From Squalus acanthias (lineage: Eukaryota), in contig CM059432.1 in NCBI GenBank assembly GCA_030390025.1, positions 144,090,001-144,154,000 of the forward strand: 64,000 bases of DNA. The letters run 5' to 3'. Within the stretch, counting starts at the first letter, position 1; each line of letters begins with the position of its first letter. Below are positions 12,636-24,074 of the stretch, in pieces. Both the position numbers and the translations under genes were made by a program. The notes below the pieces were generated by a model. That model worked only from the letters and a program-made list of their open reading frames with translations, was not told where the DNA came from and ran no database searches.

Positions 12636-13170
12636 AATCTTACAGCACAGAAAGAGGCCATTCGGCCCATCGTGCCTGTGCCGGCTCTTTGAAAGAGCTC
12701 TCCAATTAGCCCCACTCCTCCGCGCTCTCCCCATAGCCCTGTAAAGTTTTCCCCTTCAAGTATTTATCCAATTCCCCTTTTGAAAGTTACTATTGGATCT
12801 GCTTCCGCCGCCCTTTCAGGCAGTGAATTCCATTTCGTAATATCTCGCTGCATAAAAAAAATTCTCATCTCCCCACTGGCTTTTTTTGCCAATGACCTTA
12901 TCCTCTGGTTACCATCCATCCTGCCACTGCAAACGGTTTCTCCCCATTTACTCATCATTTTGAAAACCACGATTACATCTCCCCTGAACCTTCTCTGCTC
13001 TAAGGAGAACAACCCCAGCTTCTCCAGTCTCTCCACGTAACTGAAGTCCCTCATCCCTGCGACCATTCCAGCAAATCGTCTCTGCACCCTCTCCAAGGCC
13101 TTGACATCCTTCCTAAAGTGCGGTGCCCAGAATTGAACACATACTCCAGCTGGGGCCTCACCCGGTGAGT
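12636..13170 (-). mobile_element. CR1 LINE 3' fragment
   Basis: ERVQRRFAGMVAGMRDFSYVERLEKLGLFSLEQRR; CR1 3' motif near 12655. Confidence 0.92.
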
Positions 13171-13370
13171 TATAAAGGTCAAGTACATCGATATTCTGGA
13201 TGGGTTAGCACACCACTTGGCTTTAGTCCACACAGACATCAGATTGGGATCGGACCCCCCAGGTTGTACTACCACACAGCCAAAACTGCTGGTGCAAAAG
13301 TGATGGTATAACTCCAGTCTCGGTCGCTCAGATGTCCCCAGTGGGATTGTATCCGAACTGGTCGTTTTAG

Positions 13371-13757
13371 AGTTGAGAAGATTATGGGGTGATCTAATCG
13401 AGGTGTTTAAAATGATTAAGGGATTCGATAGGGTAGACAGAGAGAAACTATTTCCTCTGGTGGGGGAATCAAGAACAAGGGGGCACAATCTTAAAATTAG
13501 AGCCAGGCCGTTCAGGGGTGAAATCAGGAAGCACTTCTTCACACAAAGGGTAGTGGAAATCTCAAACTCTTTCCCCCAAAAAGCTGTGGATGCTGGGGGG
13601 GTCAATTGGAGCTTTCAGGACTGAGACCGATGGATTTTTCTTGGGTAAAGTTATCGAGGGATATGGAGCAAAGGCGGATAAATGGAGCGGAGGTACAGAT
13701 CTGATTGAATGGCAGAACAGGCTCGAGGGGCTGAATGGCCTCCTCCTGTTCCTATGA
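13371..13757 (+). mobile_element. CR1 LINE 3' fragment
   Basis: RRLWGDLIEVFKMIKGFDRVDREKLFPLVGESRTRGHNLK; 3' motif GGCTGAATGGCCTCCTCCTGTTCCTATG. Confidence 0.92.
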
Positions 13758-14458
13758 TCTGGCTGGATTTGTTATTTCTGCTCTCGAGGCTTATTGGTTA
13801 CTTCTGCTTGCACCTGCCTACATGTTTTGTACATATTTACATCGCAGCGAGTCAGTTGCCAAGGAAATGTGAAGGAAGACAGCGCACTGATAAATTCTAA
13901 TCCACCTTCCTGTGATAAGTTGGGTGAACATGAAAGAAACCAGGGGCTGGTCTTGTAGATTTAATATTCTGTCTCTGTGTTGGCAGTAAACTCTCTCTAA
14001 TATGACTGGCCTACTAATGGGATAATAAATACAATCAGGGAGATTTCACGTGGATAAACCGTTGGTACCACAAGGTGAACACTCCAGAAACCTGTCAAAT
14101 TATTAGTGTTGACATGACCCGCATGGTTACATTCTTCACCAGCACAGAGCTGGGAACTTGTAAACGCAAAGATTAACACTCCCACAGCCTTCGGAGCTGT
14201 CATGTAGTCGATGCTGTTTCATTCTGGTGTTTTACAAATCGTTCTGTCCCCTTTCAGTAGCCACATCCACGCTGAATTATGTGCAAGATTCCCAATTCCC
14301 GCTGTTCAGAGTAACTCCTGCAGGGATTGAATGTTCCAGGACTGTACAGCGTGTTTGTAAATTACCAAATGAGATTTAAATTGTTCCAAGAAGGCAATTA
14401 AATAAAGATATGAAATTATAGTAATCACAGACTCAGACTTCTCCCTTCCAAATACTAT

Positions 14459-14799
14459 GGGCTGGATTTTCATTGACCCGTGGAGGCGGGTTTGGAGGCG
14501 TGTGGGGGGTTAAAATTGCGAAAACTGGCGGGCGGGCACAAGTCTGCCTCCATCCCGCCTCCACGCAATTTTCATGAAATCGTGTCTGCTGGTCCCGACT
14601 CCGTCCCGCCTCTAAGAGACGGGATAGGCTGTTAAGGCCCTTAACAAGCACTAAATTGGCTCTATAATGCCATTTTGAAAGGCCTTTGTGATTTTAACCC
14701 TTGTTCTACGTGAAGCACGCCTGTTCTGAACCACGATTGTGAAACCTGGCGGGAGCACATTTGGCTGGCTGGGAGACATATCTGGATGGATGAGGAGGC

Positions 14800-14834
<35 letters not shown>

Positions 14835-15108
14835 GTGGTGGTCTCCCAGACTTAGGGCTGCTGCTGCTCATTTTGCATCCAGGTCCTCTCACAGCAAAGG
14901 CCAGGCAGTCTCTGAAGACCTTCAATGCAGCAGCAATGATGACATCATCAGAGGCGACTTTCAGACTGAAAACACTAATTGGTTCATGGGTTCCCACATG
15001 CTGGACCTCAATTGCCCAATTAGGTGAAAATTGCATCAATCTCCCACATCCAATTGCAGTCGGGTGGATAACACGACCCCAACCCACCCCAGTATCAAAA
15101 TCCAGCCC
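14459..15108. mobile_element. Non-autonomous DNA transposon (MITE), PIF/Harbinger-like
   Basis: Perfect 12-bp TIR GGGCTGGATTTT (14459-14470) / AAAATCCAGCCC (15097-15108); flanks TAT and TCT fit a decayed 3-bp TSD. Confidence 0.72.
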
Positions 15109-16319
15109 TCTGAGTTCCTTTCTTTCTTCAATATAATGCCCCTCTAATGATCCTAAGCCGACTTTGTGTCTGTGCGGTAATAATTTATCAATTAATATTG
15201 TAACATTATTGATTGGTCCCTGCTAATCATGTGATACCAAGGACCAATCAGATGTTGACTTTAGTCCATCCTAATCACCTGACCAATCAGAGTGCTAAGT
15301 TAAATTTTTGACCAATTTCAGCTATCCTGATGGCTCCTCGTCACGCATGCCCTTCCAATAATCCTCCAAACCAGATAATTTCCCCATTCTGCCGGGCCTG
15401 TGCCCCATCCCAGAGAAGAATCCAATATCCTCCTGACCCAAGCCCCGGCCCTCTGTTACTCTTGCAACCACTCATCGCTTCATCCCACCCAACCTAGCCT
15501 CTTCCCCAATGTTCCAGGTTCCCGCCTCGGAAGCTGGTCTTTATTGATAGATACAAATTCAGTAACTCAGTAAAGGAGAGTGTGAGCTGCATACAGACAC
15601 GTACAGAAATACAGAGGAGGGAGGGAGGGAGGGAGGGAGGAGGCAGAAGGAGAACAAAATCAGGATAGATGGGACAAAGAGGGAGACTTTCAACTGTTGG
15701 CTGCCCATTTTCTCGCCTGAATCAACTTTCAGGTAGGGCTATAAATGGGTGGCCAACACCCCTGTCCAAAACAGGCAGGAAGCTGCTTCAATATGCAAAT
15801 AGGGGGTCCTACGCCCGTGGTAGGACCTCGATAGCAACTTTTCAGGAGAAATAGGTGAATCGTGTGTAGTGCATGTCAGTCCCATTTCTCCAGCTGTTGA
15901 GAGATCCTTAAAGTTTTTCAGGGTATTTTTTTAAAGGTTTCTTGTCAGGTCAGGAGGAACAGGAGTGTACCTCTGAGCCCCACAAAAATCTTCTGGTCCA
16001 TTGTCACCACCCCGAACAGGCCATACCTGCCGACAGCCTGCGAGGAGCACCCAGCCAACTGTTCCGCCACGGGATACAGCGCGCTGCAGCCCGTTTGACT
16101 GTCTGACAAAATGTTAACCGGAAAGTGGTTTGAGCTACCTGATGACTATGCTGGGCAGTCACCATGGGCACAGTGCCAATCAGTGCCCAATCAGCAAAAA
16201 CCGCGCCCCCCCCCCCCCCCACTCCCCCCAGTAACTGGTTCCACTCTCGTGAATCATGCTCAGTTTGGCCTTGTGTTGGAGCAGAGGAATCGGCAGATGA
16301 ACAAAGACCAAGGCCCATC

Positions 16320-16626
16320 TAGTAGGGGGGAGTCCAGACAAGGGGGGGCACAACCTTAAAATTAGAGCGAGGCCGTTCTGGGGTGATGTCAGGAAACACT
16401 TTTTCACACAAAGGCCAGTGGAAATCTGGAACTCTCTTCCCCCAAAAGAGGGGGGGGGGTCAATTGAAAATTTCAAGACTGAGATTGCTAGATTTTTGTT
16501 GGATAAGGATATTAAGGGATACAGAACCAAGGCGGGTAAATGGAGTTAAAATACAGATCAGCCATGATCTTATTGAATGGCGGAACGGGCTCGAGGGGCT
16601 GAAGGGCCTTCTCCTGTTCCTATGTC
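16320..16626 (+). mobile_element. CR1 LINE 3' fragment
   Basis: Homologous to 13371-13757 (GGGGAGTCCAGACAAGGGG..AAAATTAGAGC..CTCGAGGGGCTGAA..CCTGTTCCTATG). Confidence 0.88.
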
Positions 16627-17159
16627 CCGAGTTGGCCTTCTACCATCCTGGTAGTCACATGATACAACGCTAATGGAGTTGTTGACTAATCATAGCAATC
16701 AATCTCTGTCAATTAGATTACAATAGACCCAGACATGAGGCGAGGAAAATCCTCAGTTGGTGGAGAACTTTGGGAACCATCGGTCCAAAGTCACCTGTTC
16801 CTTCCAAGCACGCTGTACACGTCACGTCTCTAATGACAATGATTTCAGTAAATAGGCGGCCTCCCATCATCGTCAACGGCCTCTGAATGTTTCAGTACTC
16901 GAGGACCCAGACTTCAAGTAATATCAGCTGTTTCTCTCAATCAGACCACTTACTTTTTACTGGTTCCTTTGCCTAACAGAATTCCTGCCTGACCAGATAT
17001 TACAGACTCCTGTGGTAAAAATAGCAGCTAAACTCAAGAATGTAATTTTGAAGGGAAATTAGCCAGCCAGCCAGCAAAGTAAACATCGGGTAACCAGTGA
17101 GGGAAATAAGCCTCTTTGTACCGAAGGAAGCCTGAACTCTCAATTGTCAGGCAAGTGAA

Positions 17160-17270
17160 AGAAAGACTCGCATCTGTAATGTCCCTTTCATGAGCTCAGG
17201 ACGTCCCAAAGCGCTTCGCAGTCAATGAATTACTTTTGAAGTGTGGTCACTGTCGTAAGGTAGGAAACGT
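17160..17270 (-). mobile_element. DeuSINE-like SINE 3' tail fragment
   Basis: CAGGACGTCCCAAAGCGCTT..ACTTTTGAAGTGTGGTCACTG matches the tails of other copies. Confidence 0.75.
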
Positions 17271-17750
17271 GAAGGGTTAATTTTGGTACAACTGATGAAA
17301 CTATTAGGTGAATGACGGTATGTCCAGCCTCCTATTACCTTAGCAACTCTGACAGCAGCTGTTGGAACATCTGGCTGTCAGTGTAGGGTCTGCCAATAGG
17401 ATGGGCCAGGAACTATATTCCTTGTAATTTTTTTTTTGGCCCTGCGCGGCCCCTTTAAGGGGCTGCACGGGCCGTTCAACATACCGCGCAGGCATGGTTT
17501 TTACATTGAAATGCCGACAAGCCGGCTGCGCGGGTTCCCTGGAGCAGTGCGCGGCCGCGCACCTTACAGGGAACACTGGCCAGGACCATATCAATCTTGC
17601 AGGATGCCCGCACTGCTGACTTACAACGACAGGAAAAATGTTAAGTTCTCCACTTCCCTTAAGGTTAACGAAGAGTGGCACGACCTTCCGAGGTATTGGC
17701 CTCCATTTTGATAGGACGAACAAGGAGGCTAAATACTCCTTGGAAAATAA

Positions 17751-18643
17751 GGGGGGGAAATTCAGTTGGTTGCGCCTCCCGTTAGCGCCTTAAGAGGGCG
17801 CTAATGGGGCGCAAAGCCGCTAACGCCCGGGCGCAGCGATGTTTGCGCCGCTCGGGAACTTAACTAGAGATTGTGCGGCGGCGCTAAAACTTACCGCTGC
17901 GACCACCTGCGCGCGCAGATTGTGACGTCATTCCATGGTGCAACGCCCTTGTGGCGCCCCGGAGCGGAAATTGAGTGGCGCCCCCTGCCTTATCGCCTGG
18001 CGCATCCAACGACCAGAAGACTGGAACGCTATCAATCGCTGTGGGGCTGGGGGGGGCGCTATTTAAAGGGGGCCTCTTCCTGTCTTTTATTGTTGGTGGC
18101 ATTTTTGAACTACGCATTCTGAGAGAGAGAGGGAGAGACTTCTGGAGAGATTCAACGTTGTGTGAAGGAGTTTTGGGTACTGAGCAGCACTTTGCAGGTT
18201 CATTTTGATTTGCCATTCCTTGTATCGATTTAGCAGAGACTGTGGGAGCTGCACTCTGAGCTCTTTGCCTGGTACTCTCCATTGTTCTTTCCAGCACATT
18301 TGATGTGCAAGTCTCTCCAGGCCGAGATTCAAGGCTGCAATGAACAGGATGTGGATGGAAAGCAAGATTAACCATCCCCTTTAAGAACTGGCCCGTGCCA
18401 TTGTGTGTGTGTTCCATTGCTGACTGACATTACATGAGCTTCGCCAGCGCTCTGAGTTAGCGCCTCACTCCTTGGCCTTTGCGCCTTAAGACAGGTGTGC
18501 AGCGCCTGATTTAGCGCTCCACTCACCTCCCGGGGCGATAAAAGTGAAGTTTCCAGTCAGTGCCGATAATTAGCGCCAGGCGCTAATATTTGCGTCCAGA
18601 CGATATTTGCGCCCCAAATGGGGCGCGACCTAATTTTTACCCC
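17751..18643 (+). mobile_element. Non-autonomous PIF/Harbinger-like DNA transposon, family A copy 1 (893 bp)
   Basis: Imperfect 15-bp TIR GGGGGGGAAATTCAG / CCTAATTTTTACCCC; TAA TSD (17748-50, 18644-46); homologous to 38904 and 46256 copies. Confidence 0.9.
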
Positions 18644-18654
18644 TAAGAGTCTAA

Positions 18655-19402
18655 AGGAGAAAAATTTGGTTGCTTTGCGCCTCCCATTAGCGCCCTAAGA
18701 GGGCGCTAATGGCGGGCACAAAGCAACTAGCGCCCGGCGCGGCACGGCGCTGCCAACGCCTCCCACGAAATTCAGCGGGAGGTTTGCGGCAGTGGTAACT
18801 GTTAGCGCCCCACAGCCCTGCGCCGCTGGTGATGACGTAATCGCTGTGCGCAGCGCCCCGCTCGCACTCCGGCCACGATCTTCGGTAGCGGCCCCTGACT
18901 TACTGCTGGACGCTATGTCCGATGGGTCAAGGGGCGGCCTACCTGCGGCCGGGGCGGCGCTAATTAAAGGCGAGGTGCCGGGCGGCCATTTTTGTTGCTG
19001 GCCGCCTGCCAGCACCTGCCCCCTCTGCTGTCCCCGGCCTCCTGACCCGCCCCTCCGCGGAGTGCCGGCTGCGCTCCGTGAGCCCGGCACTTCTCATGAG
19101 TGCCGGGCTCTTTTGCCAGCACTCCAATCCCCGGTGGCCCAGCTGGGCCCCGGGTCGCGCTGCGCAATGCCCCTCCCCTTTAAGAAGGGGAGGAAGGCCT
19201 GCAGTACCGCGGTGCGACGTGCCACAGCGCATGGCACTGCGGCATGTAGCGCCGCGATATTCCCTCTCAATGCCCCAAGAAGGAGGTGGGGCGCTTCCAG
19301 TAGCACCCCGCTTCCCTCTTGGGGCGCCACCACTCATTTCGGCTGCAGGGGTGCTCATTTTTTTCGGGGCGCTAAAAGGGGTCATGACTCAAATTTTCCC
19401 CC
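18655..19402 (+). mobile_element. Related non-autonomous Harbinger-like element, family B (748 bp, very GC-rich)
   Basis: Ends AGGAGAAAAATTTGG / CTCAAATTTTCCCCC; TAA TSD (18652-54, 19403-05); left subterminal region resembles family A, interior differs. Confidence 0.85.
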
Positions 19403-19686
19403 TAAATGAGGTAGAGGAACAGAGGGAGCTGGAGGGACAGATACACGGATCACTAAAAGTAGCGACGCAGGTTAATAAGGCCATTAAAAAAAACAAAGCA
19501 CTGACGTTCATTTCTAGAGGGATAGAATTGAAAAGCAGAGAAGTTATGTTAATCTTGTTTAGAACCTTGGTTAGACCACACTTGGGGTACTGTGCACAGT
19601 TCTGGTCTCCATATTATATAAAGGATATAGAGGCACTGGAGAAGGTACAAAAAAGATTTACAAGGATGATAACAGAACTGAAAGGT

Positions 19687-22190
19687 TTACATAGGATATA
19701 TGGCACAGAAACAGGCCATTCAGCCCAACCAGTCCATGCCGGCATTTATGCGTCACTCGAGCCTCCTCCCGTCTTTCCTCATCTAATTCTATCAGCATAA
19801 CTCTATATTCCCTTCTCCCTCATATGCTTATCTAGACTGCCCTTAAATGCATCTATACTATTTGCCTCAACTATTCCCCGTGGTAGCGAGTTCCATATTC
19901 TCACCACTCTCTGGGTAAAGAAGTTTCTCCTGAATTCCCTATTTGATTTCTTGATGACTATCTTATATTAATAGAAACATAGAATCTAGGAGCAGGAGTA
20001 GGCCATTCGGCCCGTCGAGCCTGCTCCACCATTCAATACGATCATGGCTGATCATCCAAATCCAGTACCCTGTCCCTGCTTTAATCCCCACAGTACACAT
20101 ATCCCACCCTACCCCCATAACCCCACGTATTTAATTCCCCCTAACATATCCCATCCTATCCCCATAACCCCACATATTTAATCCCCACCTAACACTAAGG
20201 GTCAATTTATCATAGCCAAATCAACCTAACCCGCACATTTTTGGACTGTGGGAGGAAACCGGAGCACCCGGAGGAAACCCACGCAGACACGGGGAGAATG
20301 TGCAAACTCCACACAGACAGTCACCCGAGGTCAGATTCGAACCCGGGTCCCTGGCGCTGTGAGACACCAGTGCTAACCACTATGCCACCGTGTTGCCCCT
20401 AAATATTGATGGCCTCTAGTTATGCTCTTCCCCACAATGGAAACATTCTCTGTATCCACTCTATCAAAATCCTGCATAATTCTAAAGACCTCTATTAGGT
20501 CACCCCTCAGCCTTCTTTTTTCAAGCAAAAGAGACCCAGCCTGTTCATTCTTTCCTGATAGGTATACCCTCACATTTCTAGTATCATCCTTGTAAATCTT
20601 CTCCTCACCCTCTCCAGTGCCTCTGTATCCTTTTTATAATATGGCGACCAGAACTGTACGCAGTACTCTAAGAGTCGTTTAACCAAGGTTCAATACAGGT
20701 TTAGCATAACTTCACTACTTTTCAATTCTATCTCTCTAGAAATAAACCCTAGTGCCTAGTTTGCTTTTTTATGGCCTTGATAACCTGTGTCGCTACTTTT
20801 AGTGATTTGTGTATTTGTACTCCGAGATCCCTTTGCTCCTCTACCCCAACCAGACTCGCACCATCCAAGTAATAAGTGACCTCCCTATTCTTCCTACCAT
20901 AATGTAATACCTCACATTTATCTGTGTTGAATTTAATTTGCCAATTATATGCCCATTCTGCAAGTTTATTAATATCTTCCTGTAATTTGTTGCAGTCCTC
21001 CTCAGTATTGACTATCCCCCCCAATTTGGTGTCATCTGCAAATTTAGAAATTGTGTTTTTGATTCCAAAGTCTAAATCATTGATATAAACTATGAACAAC
21101 AGTGGTCCCAGCACTGATCCTTGTGGAACACCACTACCCACTTTCTGCCACTGTGAATAACTACCCGTTACTCCTACACTCTCCTTCCTGTCTTGAAGCC
21201 AGCTAGCTATCCATTCTTCTACTTGTCCCCTGACTCCGCATTCTCTGACCTTATTCATTAGTCTATTATGTGGTACCTTATCGAAGGCCTTTTGAAAATC
21301 TAGATAAATTACATCTACTACATTACCCTTGTCTATTCTCTCTGTTACCTCTTCAAAAAATTCAATGAGGTTGGTCAAGCAAGACTTTCCCTTTTGAAAT
21401 CCATGCTGACTATTCATTATTATATTTATGGCTGCTATATGTTCATCTATTTTCTTCTTTAGTAGGGATTCCATTATTTTTCCTACCACCGATGTTAAGC
21501 TGACTGGTCTATAGTTCCCTGGATATGTTCTATCTCCCTTCTCAAATATAAGTATTATCTTAGCTATCCGCCAGTCCTCTGGCACTACACCTTTTTCTAA
21601 TGAATTATTAAATATGTGTAGTAATGCCTCTGTTATCTCTTCCCTAGATTCTTTTAAAATGCGCGGATGTAATCCAGGGGTTTTATCCTCTTTTGAGTTT
21701 GATTATTTTATTTAATATATCTCCTCTTTTTATTTTAAATGCAGTTATTTCATTACTAATCTCATGATCCAATGTCAATGTTCTATCTCCCTGGAAAATA
21801 CTGAAGCAAAGTAATTATTTAATATTCCTGCCATCTCTCTATCACTGCCTGTGGTATTATCCTGTCCATCCCTAAGTGGCCCTATTCCCATCCCGTCCTT
21901 CCCTTTTTTATTGATGTGCCTGTAAAATATTTTACTATTTTGTTTTATGTTTCTTGATAATTTAATTTCATAGTTCCTCTTTGCCTTCCTAATTGTTTTT
22001 TTTTTTACTTCTCTCCTAATCTCTTCGTATTCTCCCTTATCATGCTCTCCCCTGCTGTCCATGTACTTAATGTATGCCTCTTTCCTTATCCTCAATTTTT
22101 CCCTTATGGCTTTATTCATCCATGGTGTCTCATTAGTGTTTTGCTTGTTCTTGTTTTTTAGCGGAATATATTTTTCCTGGACTCTGTTGA
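19687..22190 (-). mobile_element. CR1 LINE, 5'-truncated, with intact reverse-transcriptase core
   Basis: ORF 20749-21585: NYRPVSLTS..QHGF..YLDFQKAFDKV..GVPQGSVLGPLLF..KFADD; upstream ORF2 piece 21775-22119; 3' UTR near 19690-19800. Confidence 0.96.
19971..20399 (-). mobile_element. HE1-like V-SINE fused to ~110 bp of a CR1 3' end
   Basis: V-domain (GGAGTTTGCACATTCTCCCCGTGTCTGCGTGGGTTTCCTCCGGGTGCTCCGG on minus), tRNA-like head; 19971-20082 matches the tail of the CR1 at 9903. Confidence 0.88.
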
Positions 22191-22629
22191 ATACCCATTA
22201 GGAAAGACTGAACAGGCTGGGGCTTTTTTCTCTAGAAAAGAGAAGACTGAGGGGTGACGTGATAGAGGTTTTTAAGATTATGAAAGGGTTTGATAGGGTA
22301 GATGTAGAGAAGATGTTTCCACTTGCGAGGGAGACCAAAACTAGGGGCCATAAATATAAGATAGTCACTAATAATTCCAATAGGGAATTCAGGAGAAACT
22401 TCTTTACCCAGAGATTGGTTAGAATGTAGAAGTTGAGGCGACTAGCATAGATGCAATTAAGGGAAAGCTAGATAAATACATGAGGGCGAAAGGAATAGAA
22501 GGTTGTGTTGATGGGTTTAGATGAAGAAGGGTGGAAGGAGGCTCGTGTGGAGCATAAACACCGGCATGGACCTCTTAGGCCAAATTGCCTGTGTCTGTGC
22601 TGTAAATACTATGTAATTATGTAATACTA

Positions 22630-22868
22630 TTGGCGGCCGTGCCTTCAGCTGCCTGGGCCCTAAGCTCTGGAATTCCCTCCTTAAACTCTCTGCCTCTCTC
22701 TCCTCCTTTAAGACACTCTTTCAAATTTACCTCTTTGACTAAGCTTTTGGTCCTCCGTCCTAATATCTCCTTATGTGGCTCGGTGTCAAATTTTGTCTGA
22801 TTACACTCCTGTGAAGCGCCTTGGGACGTTTAACTAAGGCGCTATATAAATGCAAGTTGTTGTTGTTA
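22630..22868 (+). mobile_element. L2 LINE 3' end
   Basis: GGRAFSCLGPKLWNSL motif; tail AAGGCGCTATATAAATGCAAG(TTG)n. Confidence 0.88.
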
Positions 22869-23316
22869 TTGGGAGTATTTTTTGTATGATTCTGACCAGC
22901 AAAGTTCAAGCGGCTGGCTTGATGCTTTTGATTGGACCATGGACAAAGACACTTGTGCCAAGCAAGCTTGCTGTATTTACATAACTATATCTGGCTGTCT
23001 GGGGAACTGCCAGAGACAATCACGTCAGCTGTCCATAGCAAGGATAAAGATCTGTGACTCCTACTCCCTGAGTTCTCTCTACAACTGTGACATCATGATC
23101 TTTGGCATTGTGATGGCAATGAGGATTGAAGGGCTATTTTCAATCTAGTTAATCAATGTCACTGAGGCTTATTAGAACTGGACGTTTGCTCAGGGATAAC
23201 TGTAGACTCTGAAATATTTTTCCATCTGGGATTCGTTGGCTTTGCTTTGATGCCAAGAAGCATTTGCTCACGAGGGTTGGCAATTCCTTTTTGTACTTTT
23301 CTTGCTCAGTCATTTC

Positions 23317-23605
23317 TAAGAACATAAGATCATAAGAACATAAGAGCATAAGACGTAGGAGCAGGAGTCGGTCATTTGGCCCCTCGAGCCTGCTCCGCCA
23401 TTCAATAAGATCATGGCTGATCTTGGCCTCAACTCCACTTCCCTGCCCGCTCCCCATAACCCTTGACTCCCTTATCGTTCAAAAACCTGTCTCTCTCCAC
23501 CTTAAATATATTCAATGACCCAGCCTCCACAGCTCTCTGGGGAAGAGAATTCCAAAGATTCACGACCCTCTGAGAGAAGAAATTCCTCCTCGTTTCCGAT
23601 TTAAA
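23317..23605 (-). mobile_element. CR1 LINE 3' fragment
   Basis: RRNFFSQRVVNLWNSLPQRAVEAGSLNIFK; tail of ~8-bp TAAGAACA-type repeats. Confidence 0.9.
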
Positions 23606-23751
23606 AAGCTGCCCCTTCCCCAGTTCCGATGCCTCCACTCTCACCCTTTCCCCCTCTTCTCACCCCGATGAAAGGGCCTGTCTTGTATGGAGGAAGAACT
23701 TCCTCCTCATTTCTCAAGCGATACTGCCTATTTTCAAGATTTTTAAAAATA

Positions 23752-24050
23752 TTCATTCTCTGGGTGTGAGCGTCGCTGGTTAAAGTGGCATTTATTGCCC
23801 ATCCCTAGCTGCTTTTGAGAAGGTGGTGGTGAGGGGCCTTCTTCTTGAACCACTTTGTAGCAGGTTTGATACAACTGAGTGGCTCGCTGGGCCAATTCAG
23901 AGGGCAGTTACGAATCAACCACATTGGTGCGGGACTGGAGACACATATAGGCCCAGACCGGGTAAGGACGGCAGGTTTCCTTCCCTAAAGGGCATGAGTG
24001 AACCAGTTGGGTTTTTACAACAATTTTTACTGAGACCAGCTTTTTATTAA
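23752..24050 (-). mobile_element. SINE (third family), partial
   Basis: Shares GGCCCAGACCGGGTAAGGACGGCAGGTTTCCTTCCCTAAAG with 49118 and closely matches 6975 and 26105 copies. Confidence 0.82.
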
Positions 24051-24074
24051 CAGGGTTTTGTTTGAAATTGAATT

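Larger units (their letters stand above)
17703..22625 (+). mobile_element. Host CR1 fragment split by nested insertions (17703-17750, 18644-18654, 19403-19686, 22191-22625)
   Basis: Joined pieces read HFDRTNKEAKYSLENKSLNEVEEQRELEGQIHGSLKVA..KRFTRMITELKG|YTH*ERLNRLGLFSLEKRRLRGD, then a CR1 3' end. Confidence 0.9.

Noticed and set aside
19078..19800. 240-aa ORF
   Set aside because: Chance read-through from GC-rich family B element into CR1 ORF2 and then an antisense CR1 tail
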